Counted from the first letter of the stretch, positions 44,344 through 52,963 are shown. The stretch is DNA of 55,702 nucleotides from Candidatus Curtissbacteria bacterium RIFOXYA1_FULL_41_14 (GCA_001775095.1 MFCA01000002.1:1-55702); one strand, 5' to 3'. A program made the numbers and translations. Notes: generated by a model from the letters alone, not told the origin.

Positions 44344-45558
44344 ATGCAAAATAAAAAAGCAAGATTAATTCTCGAAGACGGCACCATCTTTAAAGGTAAT
44401 GCAGCCGGCAGTCAGACCTCTTCAGCAGGCGAAGTAGTTTTTGCAACAGGCATGGTCGGTTATGATTTATCGCTTACCGACCCTTCTTACGCCGGCCAGA
44501 TATTAACCTTCACATACCCTTTAATCGGTAATTGGGGTGTACCGCCAAAAGAGTTTTGGGAATCGGATAAAATCCAAGTTGCTGGTCTTGTAGTCAGCGA
44601 CTTAACTACAAAACCCAGCCATTGGCAATCGCAACAAACTCTTGATGAATGGCTGAAAGAAGAAGGAGTCTCTGCAATTTTTGGTATAGATACAAGACTC
44701 TTGACCCAAAAATTACGAGATAGGGGAGTAATGCTGGGTAAAATTGTAGTTGAGGATCAGGATATCGAATTTTATGATCCGAATGCCGAAAATCTTGTCG
44801 CCAAAGTTTCGCCGAAAGAACCAAAAATCCTCAAATCCGAAATCCGAAATCCGAAATCCGAAATCCGGGTCGGCCTATTAAATTGTGGAGCGAAAAGAAA
44901 TATCCTGCGCAGTCTTCTTGCTCGAGGAGTAACCGTTTATGATCTCCCATGGAATTTCGATCCGTTCGTTTCGGACGGGTGGCAGTCGTGGAAAGGTTCC
45001 CGACAGCGCGGACCCCGCACTTTTACAAATTCTGATCAAAATCACAAATATCAAACCAACCTAAAAGTGCGGGGGAGCACTGACGGGAAGGAAACGACTG
45101 ACAGGACCCGTCCGGAATTCCCCAAACTTGACGGCCTGGTCATTTCCAATGGTCCGGGAGACCCTAAAATGGCCAAAGAGACCATCAATATTATCAAAAA
45201 AGCTTTAAAAAAGAAGATCCCAACATTCGGAATATGTCTTGGCAACCAGCTTCTGGCTTTAGCGACCGGGGGAGATACTTACAAATTAAAATTCGGCCAT
45301 CGGGCACAAAATCAACCGACTATTCAAGCCGGAACCAAACGCTGCTACATCACCACTCAAAATCATGGCTTTGCGGTCGACGAGAAAAAAATGCCAAAAG
45401 GCTTTAAGAGATGGTTTCATAATGCTAACGATAATACTAATGAGGGAATAATCCATGAGAATCTCTCATTTTTTTCCGTCCAATTCCATCCGGAAGCCAG
45501 TCCCGGGCCAACAGATACCGAATGGCTCTTTGATTACTTTTTGGAGAAATTTAAATGA
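44344..45558 (+). CDS. carA: Carbamoyl-phosphate synthase small (glutaminase) subunit, carrying two in-frame repeat insertions
   Basis: ARLILEDGTIFKG, GAKRNILR, SNGPGDP, GICLGNQLL, VQFHPEA. Confidence 0.95.
   Translation: MQNKKARLILEDGTIFKGNAAGSQTSSAGEVVFATGMVGYDLSLTDPSYAGQILTFTYPLIGNWGVPPKEFWESDKIQVAGLVVSDLTTKPSHWQSQQTLDEWLKEEGVSAIFGIDTRLLTQKLRDRGVMLGKIVVEDQDIEFYDPNAENLVAKVSPKEPKILKSEIRNPKSEIRVGLLNCGAKRNILRSLLARGVTVYDLPWNFDPFVSDGWQSWKGSRQRGPRTFTNSDQNHKYQTNLKVRGSTDGKETTDRTRPEFPKLDGLVISNGPGDPKMAKETINIIKKALKKKIPTFGICLGNQLLALATGGDTYKLKFGHRAQNQPTIQAGTKRCYITTQNHGFAVDEKKMPKGFKRWFHNANDNTNEGIIHENLSFFSVQFHPEASPGPTDTEWLFDYFLEKFK
44833..44867. repeat. Heptanucleotide array (aaatccg x5) in frame inside carA
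   Basis: Five perfect units plus a degenerate unit at 44825-32. Translated as LKSEIRNPKSEIR. Confidence 0.95.
44971..45116. repeat. GC-rich ~146-nt imperfect palindrome in frame inside carA
   Basis: The left arm tcggacgggtggcagtcgtggaaaggttcccgacagcgcggaccccgcacttttac pairs with the right arm ctaaaagtgcgggggagcactgacgggaaggaaacgactgacaggacccgtccgga. Confidence 0.9.
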
Positions 45559-48500
45559 GAAAAATCCTTCTTCTTGGATCCGGAGCTTTAAAAATCGGCC
45601 AAGCCGGCGAGTTTGATTATTCCGGATCGCAGGCAATTAAAGCTCTTAAGGAGGAAGAAATTAAGGTAATTTTAATTAACCCAAATATCGCCACAGTCCA
45701 AACATCCGAAGGCTTCGCAGACCAAGTCTATTTCTTACCTGTTGAAACACACTTCGTCAAAGAAATCATCAAGAAAGAAAGACCCGAAGGTATTATTCTT
45801 TCGTTTGGAGGACAAACCGCCTTAAATTGCGCTCTGGAACTTGCAAAATTAAGAATACTAGAAAAATATCGAGTTAAAGTTCTAGGGACCCAAATAGACA
45901 CAATTGAAAAAACCGAGGATAGGGAACTTTTCAATGAAACTTTGAGAAAAATTGGTCTGTCAATTCCAAAAAGTGTTGCGTGTAAAAGTTTAAGCCAGGC
46001 GGAAATTGCTATCGGCAAAATCGGTTATCCTGTTATCGCGCGATGCGGTTTTTCTTTAGGAGGTCAGGATTCACAAGTCATTTTCAATAATACTCAGCTG
46101 AAAGAAGCTGTCATCAGGGCTCTTTCCAAATCTCCACAAGTTCTAATTGAAGAATACTTAGAAGGCTGGAAAGAAGTGGAGTACGATGTAGTCAGAGACA
46201 AGTATGACAACTGTATTACTGTCTGCAACATGGAAAATGTCGATCCGATGGGTATTCACACCGGCGAATCAATCGTTGTCGCTCCTTCGCAAACTCTGAA
46301 TAATTTTGAATATCATAAGCTTCGGGAAATCGCCATCAAAGTGATCCGTCACCTAAAAATAGTCGGGGAGTGCAATATTCAGTTTGCTCTAAACCCCCGT
46401 CCGACAAACTCTAAATCCGAAATCCTAAATTCTAAACAATCTCAAAATCCAAATGACCTAAATTCAAAACGTTTTGAGCATTTGAATTTAGAAAATTCGG
46501 ATTTGTTTAGAAATTCGGATTTAGAAATTAGAAATTACCTCGATTATAGAATTATCGAGGTTAACGCTCGTCTTTCTCGAAGTTCTGCCCTGGCTTCGAA
46601 AGCAACCGGTTATCCATTGGCTTATATAGCAGCCAAATTGGCACTCGGATATTCGCTGACCGAACTTAAAAATACCGTTACAAAAAAAACCATAGCCTGC
46701 TTTGAACCTGCCCTCGATTATCTGGTTGTCAAAATTCCACGCTGGGATCTGGGTAAATTTCTAAAAAGCGAAACGCAAATCGGACCCTCTATGCAATCTG
46801 TGGGAGAAGTAATGGCAGTAGGACGCAAATTCGAAGAAGCAATTCAGAAAGCAATCCGCATGCTTGATATCGGACTCGAAGGTATTTTGGACAAACGCGC
46901 CCCAATCTCCAAGTATCAAAAACCCACCCCCTGGCGAATTTTCTCCGTGGCAAAAAGTCTGGCGGCCGGAGAGGCTGTCGACAAAATTTACAAGGCAACC
47001 GGCATCGACCCATTTTTTCTGGAAAAGATCAAAAACATAGTAGAGTTTGAAAAAAATATTAAAGCCTGTGATACTCGTGATACTCTTACTACCCGTGATA
47101 CTCTTCTTTTAGCCAAGCAACTTGGATTCTCTGATAAACGATTGGCAAAACTTACAAATTCAGCTGAGGAAAAGATTAGGAAACTGCGAAAAAAATATGG
47201 CATCTATCCGAAAGTCAAGCAAATTGACACTCTAGCTGCCGAATACCCGGCCCAGACGAATTACCTCTACCTTACATACAATGGAGAATCGGATGATATA
47301 AATTCGAAATCCAAAGCACGAAATTCGAAACAATATCAAATTTCAAATAACAAAAATTTTAAACGTTTTGAACATTTGAATTTAGAGAATTCGGATTCGT
47401 TTAGAAATTCGAAATACGAGAGCGTATTTTCGGAAAACCGAAAAGTGGAAATTAGAAATTCCCAAAACGATCGCAAGGTGATCGTTTTGGGATCTGGTCC
47501 TTACCGCATTGGGTCTTCCGTTGAATTTGACTGGTGCTCGGTAACATGCACCCAGACCGCTTCAAAAAATAACCTCTCCACAATAATTGTAAACTGCAAC
47601 CCGGAAACAGTCTCTACTGATTACGACATGGCCGACAGGCTTTATTTCGAAGAACTCTCTTTGGAAACTGTTCTGGAAATTTACGAAAGGGAGAAACCCT
47701 TTGGAATAATTCTCTCGATGGGTGGCCAAACTCCCAATAACCTGGCTACAAGTCTTTCTAAAAACGGAGTCAACATTCTGGGTACTAAATCAACTTCTAT
47801 CGATCAGGCAGAAGATCGAAATAAATTCTCAAACCTTTGCGATAAACTGTCAATAGACCAACCGGTCTGGGCTAAATTAAAAAATCTAAAAGAAGCTCTC
47901 ACTTTTGCCGAAAAAATCGGCTATCCGGTTCTAATCAGACCTTCCTACGTTCTTTCCGGAGCAGCTATGAACGTCGCATTCAGTTCTGAAGATCTCGCGA
48001 TATATCTTAAGTTAGCCTCCCGTATCTCTAAGGAATATCCTGTTGTGATCTCAAAATATTACGAGGAGGCTAAAGAGATCGAAATTGACGCAGTTGCGCA
48101 AGAAGGCCAGATTCTATGTTCTGCGATTTCCGAGCACGTTGAAAATGCCGGAGTCCACTCGGGAGACTCAACCATGGTTTTACCTGCTCAAAAACTCTAC
48201 CTCAAAACGGTTACTCAAATCGAAAATATCGCCCAAGAAATTGCCAAAAATTTAAAAATTACGGGCCCTTTTAACATCCAATTTTTGGCAAAAAATAATC
48301 ACGTCATGGTGATTGAATGCAATCTGCGCGCATCCCGAAGTTTTCCGTTTGTTTCCAAAGTAACCGGAGTCAACTTCATAGAGGTTGCAACAAATGCAAT
48401 CCTTAACATTAACCAAATACCAAATACTAAATACCAGATACTAGACTATGTCGGCGTCAAAGCTCCCCAGTTTTCTTTTTCCCGTATTAAAGGTGCTGAT

Positions 48501-49019
48501 CCGATTTTAAGGGTTGAAATGACCTCAACCGGAGAGGTTGGCTGTTTTGGCGATGACATCTATGAGGCCTTTTTAAAATCGCTTTTGGCAACTGGCGTAA
48601 CTCTACCCAAGAAATCGGTTTTTGTATCCCTGGCCGGCGACGAAAATAAAGTAGATTTTTTAGACAGCGCCCAAACTTTAAAAAAACTTGGCCTAAAAAT
48701 TTTCGCCACCGATGGAACCAGCAAATTTCTTAAATCGAAAGGCATAACCTCTACCAAGCTTTACAAAATTCACGAGCACAAGAAACCAAACGTTCTGGAT
48801 TTCCTGCACAATAAAAAAATCGACCTGGTGATTAATATTTTCGACCCCTATTTCAAAAAAGAATTTGATGACGATTATCTAATCCGCCGCTCTGCAATCG
48901 ATTTTGGTATCCCGCTTCTAACAAATATGCAAACCGCCGAGCTTTTTGTCAAAGCAATTTCTCTCAAAAAACTCTCTGATCTTAAAACTCTTCCCTGGTC
49001 ACAATACATCACTCCCTAG
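45555..49019 (+). CDS. carB: Carbamoyl-phosphate synthase large subunit, carrying two in-frame palindromic repeat insertions
   Basis: ILLLGSGALKIGQAGEFDYSGSQA, two ATP-grasp halves (IEVNARLSRSSALASKATGYPLA; IECNLRASRSFPFVSK) and an MGS-like C-terminal domain. Confidence 0.97.
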   Translation: MRKILLLGSGALKIGQAGEFDYSGSQAIKALKEEEIKVILINPNIATVQTSEGFADQVYFLPVETHFVKEIIKKERPEGIILSFGGQTALNCALELAKLRILEKYRVKVLGTQIDTIEKTEDRELFNETLRKIGLSIPKSVACKSLSQAEIAIGKIGYPVIARCGFSLGGQDSQVIFNNTQLKEAVIRALSKSPQVLIEEYLEGWKEVEYDVVRDKYDNCITVCNMENVDPMGIHTGESIVVAPSQTLNNFEYHKLREIAIKVIRHLKIVGECNIQFALNPRPTNSKSEILNSKQSQNPNDLNSKRFEHLNLENSDLFRNSDLEIRNYLDYRIIEVNARLSRSSALASKATGYPLAYIAAKLALGYSLTELKNTVTKKTIACFEPALDYLVVKIPRWDLGKFLKSETQIGPSMQSVGEVMAVGRKFEEAIQKAIRMLDIGLEGILDKRAPISKYQKPTPWRIFSVAKSLAAGEAVDKIYKATGIDPFFLEKIKNIVEFEKNIKACDTRDTLTTRDTLLLAKQLGFSDKRLAKLTNSAEEKIRKLRKKYGIYPKVKQIDTLAAEYPAQTNYLYLTYNGESDDINSKSKARNSKQYQISNNKNFKRFEHLNLENSDSFRNSKYESVFSENRKVEIRNSQNDRKVIVLGSGPYRIGSSVEFDWCSVTCTQTASKNNLSTIIVNCNPETVSTDYDMADRLYFEELSLETVLEIYEREKPFGIILSMGGQTPNNLATSLSKNGVNILGTKSTSIDQAEDRNKFSNLCDKLSIDQPVWAKLKNLKEALTFAEKIGYPVLIRPSYVLSGAAMNVAFSSEDLAIYLKLASRISKEYPVVISKYYEEAKEIEIDAVAQEGQILCSAISEHVENAGVHSGDSTMVLPAQKLYLKTVTQIENIAQEIAKNLKITGPFNIQFLAKNNHVMVIECNLRASRSFPFVSKVTGVNFIEVATNAILNINQIPNTKYQILDYVGVKAPQFSFSRIKGADPILRVEMTSTGEVGCFGDDIYEAFLKSLLATGVTLPKKSVFVSLAGDENKVDFLDSAQTLKKLGLKIFATDGTSKFLKSKGITSTKLYKIHEHKKPNVLDFLHNKKIDLVINIFDPYFKKEFDDDYLIRRSAIDFGIPLLTNMQTAELFVKAISLKKLSDLKTLPWSQYITP
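46408..46537. repeat. ~130-nt imperfect palindrome (aaatccgaaa/ctaaattc arms, centre aaaacgtttt) in frame in carB
   Basis: tctaaatccgaaatcctaaattctaaacaa...cctaaattcaaaacgttttgagcatttgaatttag...aaattcggatttagaaattagaaatt. Confidence 0.9.
47068..47103. repeat. Nonamer tandem repeat (gtgatactc x3 plus 1 degenerate) inside carB
   Basis: Translated as CDTRDTLTTRDTL. The gatact core also occurs in the trmD nonamer repeat at 19431-19467. Confidence 0.8.
47299..47461. repeat. ~160-nt palindromic element in frame in the carB inter-half linker; homologue of the intergenic 6651-6784
   Basis: taaattcgaaatccaaagcacgaaattcgaaacaatatcaaatttcaaataacaaaaattttaaacgttttgaacatttgaatttag... compared with 6651-6740. 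Confidence 0.92.
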
Positions 49020-49042
49020 GATGAATACATCATTGCGGTATA

Positions 49043-49071
49043 TTGACTCTCCACAGCTCTTGAATTAGAAT
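49043..49071 (+). promoter_or_regulatory. Putative promoter TTGACT-17-TAGAAT upstream of the histidine kinase
   Basis: Read directly. Confidence 0.5.
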
Positions 49072-49094
49072 ATCCTCTTCTTTAGAAACTCTAG

Positions 49095-51140
49095 ATGACT
49101 AATTCCTCTAACATTCGGGAATCGGGGATAAGAATGATTGGCAAAGTTCCGTGGGGAACTCATTTTTGCCAATTCTACCAAACCAAAAAGGACCTTCTCG
49201 ATATCCTTATCCCTTACTTCAAATCCGGACTTAAAAACAACGAGTATTGCATGTGGGTCACGTCTAAACCTCTTAACGTGGAGGAAGCCGTAAAACGGAT
49301 GAAAACGACAATGCCTGATTTTGAGTCATATTTAAATAAAGGACAGATAGAAATTATTCCCTACACCAAATGGTACCTCAAAGATGGCAGTTTCGACGAT
49401 AAACGGGTTCTTGAAGGTTGGGTTAATAAACTCAATCAAGCATTGCGCAAGGGATACGATGGTCTGCGACTGACAGGCAATACCCTCTGGTTAGAGCAAA
49501 AAGGCTGGAAAAAATTTACCGAGTATGAGGAAGAAGTAAATGGAGTTATCCGCAACTATAAGATGATCGCCGTTTGTACCTATTCGCTTGACAGATGTGG
49601 TGCTTCGGAAATTGTCGACGTTGTCAACAATCACCAGTTCGCCATGATTAAGAAATCCGGACACTGGACACTTTTCCAAAATTCGGTACGTAAAAAAATG
49701 GAGGAAGCGCTTCAACTTAGCCAGACGCGCTTCAAGTCAAATATTGAACTTACAAGACAAATCCCATGGACTACAAATGCAAACGGTAAGGTTACAGAGG
49801 ATCTGCCTGTATGGAGAAAATTCACCGGACAGACATATGAAGAAATTAAGGGCTCGGATTGGTCCAAAGCTCTGCACCCGGATGATTTTGATCGTACTCT
49901 TAAAATTTGGAAGGATTCGGTCAAGAATAGAAGCAACTATGAGACCGAATATCGTATACGCAGACATAACGGTGTTTACCGGAATTTCCTGGTCCGCGGC
50001 ACTCCGCTTTTTAATGAAGGAGGAAAAATTCGGGAATGGGTGGGTACTTGCATCGATGTCACCGAACGCAAGACGGCCGAAGAAGCACTGCGTGAGAGTG
50101 AATATCGCCTCAAAAGAGCTCAAGAAATTTCTCATCTTGGCAGTTGGGAACTTGATCTTTTAAACAATAAATTAACCTGGTCAGATGAAGTTTACCGAAT
50201 CTTTGGACTTAAACCTCAACAATTCGACGCTACCTATGAAGCTTTTCTCGAAGCGGTTCATCCTGAAGATCGAACCACGGTAGATACCGCATACTCAGGA
50301 TCACTTCGCAAAAAATCAGATGGTTACGAGATAGAGCATCGGATCGTTAGAAAATCAGATAACCAGACCCGCTATGTCTATGAGAAATGTGAGCACATTC
50401 GCGATGGCTCGGGAAAAATTATTAAGTCAATCGGGATGGTCCACGATATCACCGAACGCAAAGAGGAAGAAAAAAGGATTGAGCATTTGCTTGGAATTGC
50501 CCACCATGAACTTAAAACTCCTCTAACCTCACTCAAAGGTTTTAGTCAACTTCTAAAAAAACGCCTCGCGAAAGAGGGTGACGAAAAAAAACTATTTTTT
50601 GTTTCAAAAATTGAAAGCCAAACCGATAGACTGGTCGAACTCATTGACCAGCTATTAAATGTCACTCGAATCAAAGCAGGCAAGATGGAATTTATGGACG
50701 ACTATTTCGATTTAAACAAATTAGTCAATGAGGTCATTGAAAACCTCAAGCCGACTACCAGCCATAAAATTATAAAACAAGGAAGAAAACCAAAAATAAT
50801 TTTTGCTGACCCAAAATATATCAGCAGAATAATCACAAATATGATCACCAATGCCATTAAGTACTCACTCGGAAGAAACAAAATTATCGTTAAAGTCGCA
50901 GGAGAAATAGAATCGGTAACTGTAAGCGTTCAGGATTTTGGACGTGGTATTAAAAAAGGGAAACAATGGGTAATTTTTGAACCATATTCCAGAATCGAAA
51001 CCAGAAAAGAGGAAAAGGTTCCCGGTCTTGGTCTGGGACTTTACATAGCCCGAGAAATAGCCAGTCACTATAAGGGTAAAATTTGGGTAAATAGTAAAAC
51101 AGGTCAAGGCTCGACTTTCTATTTTCAGATGCCTTGTTAG
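49095..51140 (+). CDS. Sensor histidine kinase: MEDS domain, 2x PAS, HisKA, HATPase_c
   Basis: MEDS-like THFCQFYQTKKDLLDILIPYFKSGLKNNEYCMWV. Two PAS/PAC units, each ending in DVTERK/DITERK. H-box IAHHELKTPLTS, N-box NAIKYS, G-boxes DFGRGI and GLGLGLYIA. Confidence 0.9.
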   Translation: MTNSSNIRESGIRMIGKVPWGTHFCQFYQTKKDLLDILIPYFKSGLKNNEYCMWVTSKPLNVEEAVKRMKTTMPDFESYLNKGQIEIIPYTKWYLKDGSFDDKRVLEGWVNKLNQALRKGYDGLRLTGNTLWLEQKGWKKFTEYEEEVNGVIRNYKMIAVCTYSLDRCGASEIVDVVNNHQFAMIKKSGHWTLFQNSVRKKMEEALQLSQTRFKSNIELTRQIPWTTNANGKVTEDLPVWRKFTGQTYEEIKGSDWSKALHPDDFDRTLKIWKDSVKNRSNYETEYRIRRHNGVYRNFLVRGTPLFNEGGKIREWVGTCIDVTERKTAEEALRESEYRLKRAQEISHLGSWELDLLNNKLTWSDEVYRIFGLKPQQFDATYEAFLEAVHPEDRTTVDTAYSGSLRKKSDGYEIEHRIVRKSDNQTRYVYEKCEHIRDGSGKIIKSIGMVHDITERKEEEKRIEHLLGIAHHELKTPLTSLKGFSQLLKKRLAKEGDEKKLFFVSKIESQTDRLVELIDQLLNVTRIKAGKMEFMDDYFDLNKLVNEVIENLKPTTSHKIIKQGRKPKIIFADPKYISRIITNMITNAIKYSLGRNKIIVKVAGEIESVTVSVQDFGRGIKKGKQWVIFEPYSRIETRKEEKVPGLGLGLYIAREIASHYKGKIWVNSKTGQGSTFYFQMPC

Positions 51141-51183
51141 TTGCTTCTTTTTTTTAAATAGATTATATTAGTCTCTTTTAATC

Positions 51184-51549
51184 ATGAGGAACAAGAAGAA
51201 AAAAATCTGGATAATTGACGATGATCTTGCCATTCTTCAATGCATGGCGATCACACTGGAGGACGAAGGTTATCAAGTCTTAACATTTGAAAATGCCACA
51301 GTCTTTGAGAAGGCTATTGAAAGAAACCTTCCAGATATCATACTGATGGATTATTATTTACCTGACCAAAACGGCGACCAGTTAATCTTGAATCTTGAGA
51401 AAAAAAAGAAAACCAAGAAAATTCCGGTAATTTTGATCTCTGCTCATCATGAAGCAAGAAACCTAGCCAAAAAAAACGGCGTGGTTAATTTTCTTGCAAA
51501 ACCTTTTGACACGGATACTCTTTTGAATATCGTTAAAAAGAACATCTAA
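51184..51549 (+). CDS. Single-domain response regulator (CheY-like receiver)
   Basis: IWIIDDD, phospho-acceptor context ILMDYYLPD, LISA, AKPF. Confidence 0.88.
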   Translation: MRNKKKKIWIIDDDLAILQCMAITLEDEGYQVLTFENATVFEKAIERNLPDIILMDYYLPDQNGDQLILNLEKKKKTKKIPVILISAHHEARNLAKKNGVVNFLAKPFDTDTLLNIVKKNI

Positions 51550-51661
51550 GACTTGCCTGCCGGCAGGTAGGTTTCCTTACAAAACCCTTACTTCTTTTTT
51601 ATCTCCTTTTAAATTTAAGGTAGTAAAATAATAGTCTTAAAAATTTAAAAAGGAGGTGAAA

Positions 51662-51832
51662 ATGACTGAAATTGTACTTAATTCCAACTATTTATCAATA
51701 CCTCAAAAACAAGAAGCAACAACGTCATCATTATTAAAGTCGTCTCAAAAAATAGGCATTTACTTTAAAAAGACATTCCAAAAAACAATATTTTTTCAAA
51801 TTTGGGTACTTTTAAAAGAACCGGTAATTTAA
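51662..51832 (+). CDS. Possible 56-aa small protein with a strong SD
   Basis: AAAGGAGGTGAAA-ATG. MTEIVLNSNYLSIPQKQEATTSSLLKSSQKIGIYFKKTFQKTIFFQIWVLLKEPVI. Below the ORF-track cutoff. Confidence 0.35.
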   Translation: MTEIVLNSNYLSIPQKQEATTSSLLKSSQKIGIYFKKTFQKTIFFQIWVLLKEPVI

Positions 51833-51867
51833 ATTAAAAAAATAAATGCAAAACGTGAGATCTCCGC

Positions 51868-52542
51868 CTAAGGGCTTTCACTAATTTTATAACCGAACCC
51901 TCTGACAGTATGTATTAACTTATTTTTAAAACTCTTATCGATTTTCTCTCTCAAATAACCAATGTAAACATCAACAGCCCTGCTTTCAATATCCGGAGAA
52001 TAAAGCCAGATCCGGTTTAAAATCATTTCGCGCGAAAGAATCCTGTTTTTATTAATCATCAAATATTGCAACAGTTTGTATTCTTTGGGAGTAAGTTGAA
52101 TTAATTTGCCTGCGCGTTTCACTTCAAAATTCTTACTATTAAGCTCAAGATCCGCAACTTTTATATCCTCGTTATTTTTTTTGACGCGTCTTAGATTCGC
52201 CTTAATTCTTGCCAAAAGTTCTTCCTCGACAAAAGGCTTAGTTATATAATCATCCGCTCCTAACTCCAACCCGCGGACAATATCACTTTTATCACCTCTG
52301 GCGCTAATAATTAGTATCGGTAAATCTGCAAACTTTTTCTTAAGCTGACGGCAAACTGTTTCTCCGCTTATTTTAGGTAAGATCAAATCGAGAAGCACTA
52401 AATCGGGTTTGGATTTTCCAGCGACTCTTAAAGCCGAAGCTCCGTCATTTGCGGTTTGTACTTCATAACCTTCATCGCCAAGCAGCTCCTGTAAGAAATC
52501 ACAAATATCGGTATCATCCTCCACAATCAGAATCGATGTCAT
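51868..52542 (-). CDS. OmpR-family response regulator (receiver plus winged-helix)
   Basis: ILIVEDD, LLDLILP, ITKPF, C-terminal VDVYIGYLREKI...TVRGFGY. The ATG at 52542 is preferred over the GTG at 52560. Confidence 0.9.
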   Translation of the reverse strand: MTSILIVEDDTDICDFLQELLGDEGYEVQTANDGASALRVAGKSKPDLVLLDLILPKISGETVCRQLKKKFADLPILIISARGDKSDIVRGLELGADDYITKPFVEEELLARIKANLRRVKKNNEDIKVADLELNSKNFEVKRAGKLIQLTPKEYKLLQYLMINKNRILSREMILNRIWLYSPDIESRAVDVYIGYLREKIDKSFKNKLIHTVRGFGYKISESP

Positions 52543-52675
52543 GCCGATGAATTCTATCACATTTTCTTACATAACTATTACAATTTTTTGTATTTTATTT
52601 AAACGAGAAAAATTTAATATGATAACTGCAAATAACTCAGCTTGTTTTTGCAAAACAACACAAAGGGGGTGAAGG

Positions 52676-52834
52676 GTGAGCGATTTTACAGGCTTTTGCA
52701 GATATTGCGAATGGAGTCTGGAACATGACGAACGCAATTGGCAGACAGAAGGGGAAGATAAAGTTTATATCCCCAAATCTTTCAAGAAAATAATAGAGGA
52801 AGAACCTGAAAAGCAAGTTTATATCTACGCGTGA
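52676..52834 (+). CDS. Possible 52-aa Cys-containing small protein
   Basis: AAGGGGG SD, then GTG. VSDFTGFCRYCEWSLEHDERNWQ... Weak evidence only. Confidence 0.2.
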   Translation: MSDFTGFCRYCEWSLEHDERNWQTEGEDKVYIPKSFKKIIEEEPEKQVYIYA

Positions 52835-52861
52835 TAAAATCTTAGTCCGCTGAAAACCTTG

Positions 52862-52963
52862 TTATTCTTCGAACAAAGTGAGAAGTCTGTAGTTCTCGCT
52901 ACGCTCGAACAATATGCAAAGCATGTTGTTCGAGCCCTGAGTTTTACCGAAGGGCTCGAACAA
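52862..52963. repeat. GC-richer core repeat: inverted copy of 4985-5046 plus a perfect 12-bp hairpin ttgttcgagccc/gggctcgaacaa
   Basis: tcttcgaacaaagtgagaagt is the reverse complement of 5025-5045. The hairpin is at 52926-37/52952-63. Confidence 0.85.

Noticed and set aside
46401-47491. Inteins or genuine extra domains in carB
   Set aside because: The inserts are too short (about 46-55 aa) and of low complexity. They lack the intein N-terminal Cys/Ser and the C-terminal His-Asn plus nucleophile motifs. They are DNA palindromes homologous to an intergenic element.
45728-48757. Minus-strand ORFs within carB; the same applies to 44606-45245 within carA
   Set aside because: They are shadow ORFs antisense to conserved genes.
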